Source of the DNA: Thermoplasmata archaeon | GTDB taxonomy: Archaea > Thermoplasmatota > Thermoplasmata > Lutacidiplasmatales > SKW197 | NCBI GenBank assembly: GCA_038874435.1 | Contig: JAVZCK010000009.1 | Location: forward strand, 22,977-86,976 | Length of the DNA: 64,000 nucleotides | Direction: 5' to 3' | Part shown: piece after piece, positions 56,520 through 64,000 of the stretch | Position numbering within the stretch: the first letter of the stretch is position 1 | How the letters are laid out: each line of letters starts with the position of its first letter | Notes under the pieces: generated by a model | What the model was told of the DNA's origin: nothing | The model's database searches: none | The model's input: the letters and a program-made list of their open reading frames with translations, nothing else | Position numbers and translations under genes: made by a program

Positions 56520-58238
56520 TTATTTCTTCTTTTTCTTTTCCTTCCTACTCTTCTTTTGCTTTATCCCCATTGCAAGGTCAGCATATTTCAACGCTAAATC
56601 GTATTTCTCCTGTTTTAGATAGAGATAGGAACGGTTTGCAAGGGCTTCCTTGAAGCCTGGCTTGAGCTTTGTCGCTCGAGAGTAACAGCGTTCCGCTTCT
56701 GCGAATTTGCGCCCTATTAAATATAGATTCCCTAGGTTATTCCAGAGTTCAGGCATTGAGGGTTGCACCCTCACGCCATTCGCATAACACTTGATTGCAT
56801 GTTCATCCTCTCCCTTTGCATGCAGAATATTTCCGTAGAGCAGCCAGGCAATTGCGTTGTTTGGATCGACATCCAACGCATGATAAACTTCAAACTCTGC
56901 ATCCTCGTATCTCTCCATCTTGTAAAACGCATACGCCTTCAGCAGTTTCAGTTCGCCAAAATTCGAAAATGTAGTTTTTGCCAGCCGAATCATTTTTGGT
57001 TCGTTAACACTTTCGCCCTTCTCCTCAAGCATCTTTCTTATGTAATCCATCGCATTTTTTTCAGCACGGAGACAATATCTCATTGCCAGCACATAGTTTA
57101 GATGCACGCAACTTTCATAAGCATTTTTTATGTCAAACTCAATCCAATTTTCTACCTGATCTCGTTTTCCTAAGATTTTCTTGTAATCTAAGAGCAGATT
57201 TCCCCCAACGACACCAAGCAGATAAAAATCTATTAGCCCAAAGTGGAGATAACCGCTGTAGGTCATTATTGCAGGTGGAGGTGCACCTCCACCCATTGTG
57301 ATGAGCAAATGCTTGAATGTAATTCCACCGCCCACTATAGCTGCAAAGAGGAAAAGAGTAGAAAGAAAATTCATTTTGTAGTTTTCAACCTTCGGTAATT
57401 TTTTGAGTGAATAGGCCAGAAGGGAGATACCGGCAATTGCGAAAACTATGTAAACCACGAGTCGAAATAGCCAGTCTCGAATTATTATGATGTAGAAATT
57501 TTCACATAGTGGAATAAAGTAAAGCAGAAAAACGCCGACAGCAGTTATGAGTAGAAAGCGATTTTCATTTTTTTCCAGTCCTTTTATCTCTCTTCTAGCG
57601 GCAAATATTGCAGATGCAAAAATCACCCCGAGAAACAGAGAGTAAACCAACGCAAAGCTGTCTATGTTGAGGAGGAAAAAGTTGTTCGGTGTGTACAGGA
57701 TATACAGAAAGCCAAGAAAGTAGCCCAGAAGGAAGATTAGGAAGGAATATGCAGCAAGGTTCACAAGAAAATCTGTTTCAAGGGAGATGAACTTTTTCTT
57801 GTATCTTTCTCTGAAGGGCTTTCTTGAAAACAGTTTGTCCACAATTGTAGGAACAGTGTTGATTGCTGTGTCGTCAAACTCCATTTTCCTGATGAAGTTT
57901 CGTTGCTGTTCGCTCAACGCCTTTTGTTCTGCAAGCACCTCAGGCAATGGAAGTTCTTCCAGTCTAAACTCTGGCTTTTTCACCTCTTTTTGTGGTTCTA
58001 ACTGCGGTTGCTCCACCAGCGTTTCAGAAACCGCCTTCTCAGTAAGCTGTTCTTGGTTTTCCTTGTCCTCCCGCACCTGTTCAACCTGTTCTGCACCTGC
58101 ACTGTTTTCCTGGATGTATGGCTCAACAGGTAGGTTTTCCTCCTCCTCTGGAATTATCACACCGCAATTAGGGCATTCGTTTCCTTTCAGCTTTGTTCCG
58201 CAAATCGGACATTCTTTTTTAGCCATTTTCTCCTCCAT
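56520..58238 (-). CDS. Zn-ribbon / multi-TM / C-terminal TPR membrane protein
   Basis: ORF track, 572 aa. CPICG..CPNCG ribbon, acidic linker, about 7 TM helices, C-terminal TPR units (AIAWLLYGNILHAKGEDEHAIKCYANGVRV, ELWNNLGNLY...), poly-Lys tail. Confidence 0.7.
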   Translation of the reverse strand: MEEKMAKKECPICGTKLKGNECPNCGVIIPEEEENLPVEPYIQENSAGAEQVEQVREDKENQEQLTEKAVSETLVEQPQLEPQKEVKKPEFRLEELPLPEVLAEQKALSEQQRNFIRKMEFDDTAINTVPTIVDKLFSRKPFRERYKKKFISLETDFLVNLAAYSFLIFLLGYFLGFLYILYTPNNFFLLNIDSFALVYSLFLGVIFASAIFAARREIKGLEKNENRFLLITAVGVFLLYFIPLCENFYIIIIRDWLFRLVVYIVFAIAGISLLAYSLKKLPKVENYKMNFLSTLFLFAAIVGGGITFKHLLITMGGGAPPPAIMTYSGYLHFGLIDFYLLGVVGGNLLLDYKKILGKRDQVENWIEFDIKNAYESCVHLNYVLAMRYCLRAEKNAMDYIRKMLEEKGESVNEPKMIRLAKTTFSNFGELKLLKAYAFYKMERYEDAEFEVYHALDVDPNNAIAWLLYGNILHAKGEDEHAIKCYANGVRVQPSMPELWNNLGNLYLIGRKFAEAERCYSRATKLKPGFKEALANRSYLYLKQEKYDLALKYADLAMGIKQKKSRKEKKKKK

Positions 58239-61200
58239 AATATAGGTATTAAGATTAAACCGGCAAAAATGAGAATGTTTTGCGAATGTTCTGGCACATT
58301 AGCACCCTTTTCTGTAGCAATGTCCGTCCATCCATACCATGAACTGCTATCTGGATAGCGGATGTAGGAAACACCTGATTGGGAAGATGGAATTGTAACA
58401 CTGTCTATCGTGGTTGTACTAAATCTCAACGCAACGATTGAATCTGTTGTCACCTCTATGCTCACAACATAATGTGTCGCAGTAGTGTGCTCTGTAATGT
58501 GCACAACCGCATATGTCTCATTAGGATATAAAACAACAACTCTATAATTGTGTAGATCAATACCAGATGGGTTATAAATTTCGACCCATTCATTGGAAAT
58601 TTCATTCAGGTATGGTCCCGGATTTCTTGTTCCCAAAAATGCCCCGTTCTCGTTGAGCATTGTATCGGAAAAATCAAATTCCTTCTTCCAGTTGGTCATG
58701 TAGAAGAGTACATTCACCTCCTTTGGAAGATTTGTTGAAGCCATAATTTCAATTCTGTAGGCATCAGGCACCGCAAGAATGGTTGCGTTTAGTTCATGCC
58801 AGAGCCATTGCTCACCTCTCGCAATTCCCTGGAATCCATAGAGTTTTGCACTTTTAACTTTTCCAGCAGTGCCAAGAACCTCAATTTTGTATTCGGCACC
58901 AATTGGTCCGACCATGTAACCAGAGCCAGGATATTTGTCAGCATCAATGTAAACGATGCACGCATCCTCTGAGTTAGGAATTGTGGTGTTTATCTCATGG
59001 ACATCAACAACATTTCCTGGCTGTAAATAACTCTCATTTCTCCTCTCAAAATCATGGAGCACAACAGCACCACCCAGCATTCTTCCATAGCTACTTAGAT
59101 AGAAAAATGCCCTGTTTTCTTCTGTGTGCATCCCAAACCCAGCAATGTCCACATTTCTGGATGTGCCTTCCTTTTCGTTTTCACGACCTGGTGTTGGCAT
59201 ACCTACACCTGCACGTACATCATTTTCTCTGTCTCCATATTTTGGAATCCCTTCCCAATCAGCAAAGCCCCCATCAATCGTAAGATTCTGCTCTGCCTCA
59301 AAAATGTAAGAGAAGAAAGGAGCGACAGGGTAGACAGTAACTTCGCTTTCCTCCACCTCCACAGAAGCAATCTCAAGACAGAGAGTGGCTCTGCTGTCAT
59401 TCAGTGGCTCAACCATCAGAGTAAAGTTTCTTGCAGTTTCTTGTTCAAGCGAGAGATTGAGAGGAAAAAGAATACTCTGGTAATCTATAACACCACTTAC
59501 ATTTGTCCCATCAAACGAGAGCCAGTAATTACAATCATCCAGTTTTGCAGTGCTTCCGTTTACGAGATTGAAACAGAGATTTTTGAGCATCGTTGGCTTT
59601 CCCGTCTGCCAAACTGTAAGTTGCATGAAATCCGATTTGTCAGCGAGCACATCGGGAGCAACAATTCTCTGATAAACTTCAGTTGCGCCCTTTGGATTCA
59701 CAAATCTGGGTGATGCTTCCTCTGAAATTGCATCCGTGAAGACAAACTGGAGGGCTGCACTTGCACTTAGTGCTTTGGATGCCACAAAAACTCCTTCAAC
59801 TGCCTTCCCGTCCTTTCCCAGAGCGCATTTAAGGTCATAAGGACCAAATCTCTGGTTGCCAGCGATTATGTAGTAAACAGAGGAGGTAATAAATCCACCC
59901 CATCCAGTCAATTCTATCTCATAGCCAGTGCCTGCGGCAATCACATTGCCGCTCTCAAATCTTGCTCCTGTCTCTGGAATCCCATCTTCATCCACAAATC
60001 CAACAACACACTCTGCTCTCTCGCCAAAGAAAGTGGTTCTTGTGAAGCCGATTGTAAAGTATAGCTTGCCGTCAAAGAAGTAAGAGGAGGCAGTTGTTAT
60101 GTTCTTTCCATTCCATTTTCCATATAGGGTAACTTGCTGTGCGGCAATGAGATTCTGCCAGTCACTGAAATCTCCATCAATTACCACTGGTGGTTTGGGA
60201 AGCAGGAAAAATCCTAGGAGGGGGAGAAGGAAGAGAAGCAAGGCAATCAGTGCAGCCATTCTTTTTCGCAATGCCCTTCCAATCTCTTTCTGTTTCTCAC
60301 GCTTCAGCTTTTCGCCATAAGCCAATGCCCTTCCGTTTATCAATCCCCTTCCATTTATCAAACCCTTGCCGTTTATTAGCCCCGTCTTTAAAAGAAGTTT
60401 TTTGCCATTCACAAGTCCCTGGCTCAGGATTGCCTCGCTTGGAGTTTTGATTTTTCCATTCACCTTACCATTAACAAGTCCTTTTCCATTTATCAAGGGC
60501 TGACCAAGGAATTTCTTACCATTCACAAGGCCATACTTCATGCCTGCTTTGTCCACAACATCAATACCAGGTGTCTCCCTTCCTCTCTCACCTTTTCCGA
60601 GGACTTCCAAACCAATCTCAGGAACAAAAAACTCACCACTGTATCGCTCGATCTTGACTTTTAAGTTAGTACCTACGACTTCCGCAGAGAATAGCCCATC
60701 TGATAGATTTTCTATGTCTGGGAAAAGTTTTGTGCAAGTATGGATAGCAAGAGCCCGTGCATTTGAAATTTTTATGCAGGTAGTAGTAAAGAATTTGATA
60801 GCTGTATCAGTATCATATCTAAGTAGGCTTTCGTCTAGGAAATCAAACACTGCAAGAACTTTTGGAAAATCTGCCACTGTCTCCAGGCCTTTAGTTATGC
60901 CCATCCCGAAGTTTGCAATATCTCCATCACACACGATTTTTCCATCTTTTTCCTCGACACCAACCACTTTCTTGGTTTTGTGGGTGCACCAGTCAACAAG
61001 TATGATACTCTTTCCAATTCTTTTTTCAACATCTGGAATTCCAAGTTTGAGAAAGTCGAGCCACTTCTGAGCGGAAATGCGCGTGCATGTGAGCACAAGT
61101 GCACCCTCGCTCTTCAGGAAGACAGAGAAGAGGTCTAAATAGAGCGGAAGAAGGATTTCAGTGTCAGATGCAACTACTAAAAAGTTTGTTCCTCTGTCTA

Positions 61201-61873
61201 CCTCTTTCAGCATCTCACTGAGCTTACCAGGGATTTCAATCGTGTCACTGAAGGCACCGAAATAGATGTCGTTTAGCACAACTTTGTATTCCGATTTTTC
61301 CCTGTATCGTTCGTAAATCTCTTCGCAAATTTTGCGTGTGATTTTTCTTGCTTCTGGCTCTGCAAAACTGAAAATTTTAAAAAACCTGGAAAAAGCATCA
61401 GCTAAAATTTTTATGGCATTCTCTCTGTTGATTTTGTCTGTGTTTATTATTACTTTTCCCACCTTTGCTTCTGCATGGAAACCAGGATTCTTTTCCATGA
61501 ATTCTCTGAAAATCTCGTTCAGTTCCTCGCTGAGTTTCCAGTTATTTGTTTCTAAAATTTCTGTAAAAATTAGTGTATATATTTCAGAGACAGGTTCTAC
61601 TGGGAACTTCTCCTCTTTGACTAAAAGTGATTCTGGCACATACTTTTTGAATTCATCATCCAACTCATTGATGCGAGTGATAAACTTTTTTCTTGCGGTT
61701 TCTCCATGAACTGTGGTAATAACTTCCACAACGACAGGAAAAATTTCACCTAGTGCCTTCAACGCTTCCTCGCTATCCTCAACAGGAAATCTTATCACCA
61801 GGTCCTTTGTGACCACGAGGTTAGAGAGGATGGGATGCTTTTTTGCTACCTTCCTTATCCCAACTCTAAGCAT
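58187..61873 (-). CDS. Large bitopic signalling-like protein: cytoplasmic P-loop-less KaiC-like domain, GL(V/I)NG(K/R) repeats, TM, two DGxFxDW beta-sandwich domains, lamin-tail-like domain, C-terminal TM
   Basis: ORF track, 1228 aa. KaiC-like region GTNFLVVASDTEILLPLYLDLF...IILVDWCTH lacks GxxGxGKT. TM MAALIALLLFLLPLLGFFLL. IDGDFSDW and IDGGFADW segments. NEWVEIYNPSGIDLHNYRVVV. C-terminus PEHSQNILIFAGLILIPILWRRK. Confidence 0.7.
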   Translation of the reverse strand: MLRVGIRKVAKKHPILSNLVVTKDLVIRFPVEDSEEALKALGEIFPVVVEVITTVHGETARKKFITRINELDDEFKKYVPESLLVKEEKFPVEPVSEIYTLIFTEILETNNWKLSEELNEIFREFMEKNPGFHAEAKVGKVIINTDKINRENAIKILADAFSRFFKIFSFAEPEARKITRKICEEIYERYREKSEYKVVLNDIYFGAFSDTIEIPGKLSEMLKEVDRGTNFLVVASDTEILLPLYLDLFSVFLKSEGALVLTCTRISAQKWLDFLKLGIPDVEKRIGKSIILVDWCTHKTKKVVGVEEKDGKIVCDGDIANFGMGITKGLETVADFPKVLAVFDFLDESLLRYDTDTAIKFFTTTCIKISNARALAIHTCTKLFPDIENLSDGLFSAEVVGTNLKVKIERYSGEFFVPEIGLEVLGKGERGRETPGIDVVDKAGMKYGLVNGKKFLGQPLINGKGLVNGKVNGKIKTPSEAILSQGLVNGKKLLLKTGLINGKGLINGRGLINGRALAYGEKLKREKQKEIGRALRKRMAALIALLLFLLPLLGFFLLPKPPVVIDGDFSDWQNLIAAQQVTLYGKWNGKNITTASSYFFDGKLYFTIGFTRTTFFGERAECVVGFVDEDGIPETGARFESGNVIAAGTGYEIELTGWGGFITSSVYYIIAGNQRFGPYDLKCALGKDGKAVEGVFVASKALSASAALQFVFTDAISEEASPRFVNPKGATEVYQRIVAPDVLADKSDFMQLTVWQTGKPTMLKNLCFNLVNGSTAKLDDCNYWLSFDGTNVSGVIDYQSILFPLNLSLEQETARNFTLMVEPLNDSRATLCLEIASVEVEESEVTVYPVAPFFSYIFEAEQNLTIDGGFADWEGIPKYGDRENDVRAGVGMPTPGRENEKEGTSRNVDIAGFGMHTEENRAFFYLSSYGRMLGGAVVLHDFERRNESYLQPGNVVDVHEINTTIPNSEDACIVYIDADKYPGSGYMVGPIGAEYKIEVLGTAGKVKSAKLYGFQGIARGEQWLWHELNATILAVPDAYRIEIMASTNLPKEVNVLFYMTNWKKEFDFSDTMLNENGAFLGTRNPGPYLNEISNEWVEIYNPSGIDLHNYRVVVLYPNETYAVVHITEHTTATHYVVSIEVTTDSIVALRFSTTTIDSVTIPSSQSGVSYIRYPDSSSWYGWTDIATEKGANVPEHSQNILIFAGLILIPILWRRKWLKKNVRFAEQS

Positions 61874-61941
61874 ATCTAGATGGATAAGGTTCCTGTGTTC
61901 TCGAAGAAGTTCTTGAACTGTTCTTCTAAACTCCTCCAGCG

Positions 61942-62631
61942 TCAGACCACCTTCTCACTTGCACCTATCTCCAGTCCTCTATCTCCGATTATAAAGGGGT
62001 GTTTTGCAGTATCATGCTTTGTAAAACGCATCTTTCTTATCAATATTGTCCTTCTCAAAGTGCCTTTTATCTCTTCAAGCCCAAGGACGATGAATGCATC
62101 GCAAACAAACTGCTCAACTCCAAACCGCGTGTAGGGTCCGTTTTCAATGCTTTCAGTTGTGAGCACTGCAGTAACCCTCTTTTTCTTTAAAAATCTGGTA
62201 AAACCAAACAAATGCTCCCTGAATTCTTCTACGGTTCGGTAATGGAGCCCAATAGCTGTGATGGAATCAATTACAAGTCGCTTGATTGCTTGCCTTTCTA
62301 GAAAATCCTCGATAAATTGCTGGAGTGTAGGGAAATCAAGCTGAATTTCCTCTCCACATATCTCACCAAGGTCTATGAGCCAGAACTTGTCTGTATCTTC
62401 GGGATTCATTCCGAATCCGGAAATTGCCTGAAGATAGTCCTCCTTAGGGGCTTCTATTGTAATCACCGCACTGGGTTCGTTGAGGAAACGAGCACCGAAG
62501 AAAGCATACTGTGCACTGAAAAGGGTTTTACCACTTCCAGCCACTCCAGAAACAAGGTTGACAGTGCCTTCAACAAAGCCACCATCGGTAAGCACATCAA
62601 AGCCGGGAATTCCTGATTTTACTCTCTGCAT
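61942..62631 (-). CDS. Single-domain KaiC/RadA-like (RecA-superfamily) ATPase
   Basis: ORF track, 229 aa. GIPGFDVLTDGGF, Walker A GVAGSGKT, Walker B RLVIDSIT. Size and motifs match archaeal KaiC-like signalling ATPases (COG0467). Confidence 0.8.
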   Translation of the reverse strand: MQRVKSGIPGFDVLTDGGFVEGTVNLVSGVAGSGKTLFSAQYAFFGARFLNEPSAVITIEAPKEDYLQAISGFGMNPEDTDKFWLIDLGEICGEEIQLDFPTLQQFIEDFLERQAIKRLVIDSITAIGLHYRTVEEFREHLFGFTRFLKKKRVTAVLTTESIENGPYTRFGVEQFVCDAFIVLGLEEIKGTLRRTILIRKMRFTKHDTAKHPFIIGDRGLEIGASEKVV

Positions 62632-63167
62632 TTAATCATCTCCTCAAGTCGCTTTATCACTTCTTTATTTGTGAGATATTCCAGCACCTCTCGGGATAAG
62701 TTCTTTACACTATGGTTGAGCACAACCTCTGCAGCTGTGCTTCCTACTCTGGTTTTTATCAAAGAGAGCACCTCGTACGGGTTTTTTGTGTTCGTGTTCA
62801 GGTGCTGGCTGAAAAGTGATGCATAGGATTGAAGCAGGGAATTTGCCAGGATATCAAGCTTACCCTCATCCAGCGAGAGTACCTCCAGATTGAGGAGAAG
62901 CACTACCTGTTTTTTTGCTAATGAATAAACCTCGGTTTTCCTTATGTGTTTCCGCTTTATCTCTTCCTGGACAATACCCTTCTCTGCAAGCTTTTTCAGA
63001 TATTTTTTCGCAGTGGCAATGTGAATTTTGAGGGCTTTGGCTACATCCGTCGCGGTTCCCTCTCCGTTAAGGTATAGATGTTCTAGAATTTTCACTGTTA
63101 CAGGTTCACTGAAGAGCTTTGCCATTTCCACAAATTCTCTGAACTTTTCCGACATAACTTCACACAT
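62619..63167 (-). CDS. Winged-helix (ArsR-like) transcriptional regulator with C-terminal helical domain
   Basis: ORF track, 182 aa (alternative ATG at 63155). VTVKILEHLYLNGEGTATDVAKALKIHIATAKKYLKKLAEKGIV. Overlaps the KaiC-like gene by 13 nt. Confidence 0.65.
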   Translation of the reverse strand: MCEVMSEKFREFVEMAKLFSEPVTVKILEHLYLNGEGTATDVAKALKIHIATAKKYLKKLAEKGIVQEEIKRKHIRKTEVYSLAKKQVVLLLNLEVLSLDEGKLDILANSLLQSYASLFSQHLNTNTKNPYEVLSLIKTRVGSTAAEVVLNHSVKNLSREVLEYLTNKEVIKRLEEMIKCRE

Positions 63168-63365
63168 CGTGAAATTTACTAAGAGTATGTGCGAAACTTG
63201 CGTAAGCTAATTTGTTTTTATACATATACTTTTTCAATTAAGTTTAAACTTCATAAAGTTATGCCTCATGGGCAGAAATATTGGATAACCAGATAATACA
63301 ATACTGCTCTAGATACCACATTATGACTAAAAACCATAATATACCCAGAAATCTTCATCGGTTTG

Positions 63366-64000
63366 ATGAGAAAGGCAAAGGTGTCCATTGCTGAGGAACT
63401 TGCGAAGAAGCAAAAAGAAATTTCCGTGGCTGAATTTTTTGAGAAGAATCGCCAGATTTTAGGTTTTGACAATCCAAATCGTGCATTACTCACTGCAGTA
63501 AAAGAAGCTGTGGACAATTCGCTGGATGCCTGTGAGGAAGCAAACATTCTGCCAGAAATAACTGTGAAAATCACGAAAAAGAGCGAAGAGGTGTACTCTC
63601 TTACAGTAGATGATAATGGTCCTGGGATTGTTAAAAAGCAGATTCCGAATGTGTTTGCTCGCCTACTCTATGGTTCAAGATTTCACGCTGTGCGACAGAG
63701 TCGAGGCCAGCAGGGAATTGGCATCTCTGCAGCTGTGCTCTATGGTCAGCTAACTACGGGAAAGCCAGCAAAGGTGATTTCAAAGATTGCAGAGGAGGAT
63801 GCTGCGCATCTCATGGAGCTGAAGATTGACACAAAGCAGAATCTACCAGAAATTGTGAGCAGGGACATGATAATCTGGGACAGGAAACACGGGACAAGTG
63901 TCGAAATTGAACTTAAGGGCAGGTACTTTCGGGGAAGGCAGTCAGTAATGGAGTATCTGAGGAACACTGCAATTGTGAACCCACATGCAAAAATCACGCT
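63366..64000 (+). CDS. top6B: DNA topoisomerase VI subunit B (5' part; continues beyond window end)
   Basis: Not in ORF track (no stop in window). My translation from ATG 63366 reads [37 protein letters not shown]...[11 protein letters not shown]...DNGPGI...[15 protein letters not shown], i.e. the GHKL/Bergerat motifs of Top6B. Confidence 0.88.
   Translation, partial: MRKAKVSIAEELAKKQKEISVAEFFEKNRQILGFDNPNRALLTAVKEAVDNSLDACEEANILPEITVKITKKSEEVYSLTVDDNGPGIVKKQIPNVFARLLYGSRFHAVRQSRGQQGIGISAAVLYGQLTTGKPAKVISKIAEEDAAHLMELKIDTKQNLPEIVSRDMIIWDRKHGTSVEIELKGRYFRGRQSVMEYLRNTAIVNPHAKIT

Noticed and set aside
63266-63997. Minus-strand ORFs 63266..63574 and 63746..63997
   Set aside because: They are antisense to the clear Top6B reading frame that starts at 63366 and runs off the window end.

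Overview
Archaeal chromosomal segment. Archaea-specific markers are ribosomal proteins eS1 and eL40, TFS, Topo VI subunit B, an Hjc-like resolvase, Trm1 and an intron-containing tRNA; I cannot assign the lineage from sequence alone. Housekeeping content: a six-gene Ech-type group 4 [NiFe]-hydrogenase operon (14755-19879), adk, pgk, truA, hisS, an IleRS-like gene, a GlgM-like/maltokinase pair, cdd and two tRNAs. Accessory content is unusually rich. It includes several very large membrane-anchored surface proteins carrying FG-GAP, BNR, PKD and lamin-tail-like domains. There are three paralogous STAND (AAA_16-like + TPR) NTPases and four KaiC-derived modules (one active KaiC-like ATPase, one P-loop-less copy, two DUF835 domains). 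My best candidates for something undescribed are four. (1) A four-gene operon (25824-33257) encoding about 17 membrane-anchored YhcR-like OB-fold modules with no catalytic domain, translationally coupled to an orphan TctA/DUF112 permease; it contains four near-identical 645-bp tandem coding repeats. (2) An HTH / KaiC-like ATPase / 1228-aa pseudo-KaiC transmembrane protein / Zn-ribbon-TPR operon (56520-63167). (3) A 1425-aa IleRS-like protein with a degenerate KMSKS loop and degenerate editing motifs, fused to two (HhH)2 modules and a DUF835 domain. (4) A roughly 410-500-bp hairpin-ended non-coding element present twice (21268-21768 and 43906-44314). Several ORF-track starts use TTG/GTG or are over-extended; I re-set them where an ATG with a Shine-Dalgarno-like motif or homology argued for it. 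Three genes missing from the track were found by reading the sequence: the FG-GAP protein at the left edge, rpl40e, and top6B at the right edge. All family assignments come from motif recognition by eye; no searches were run.
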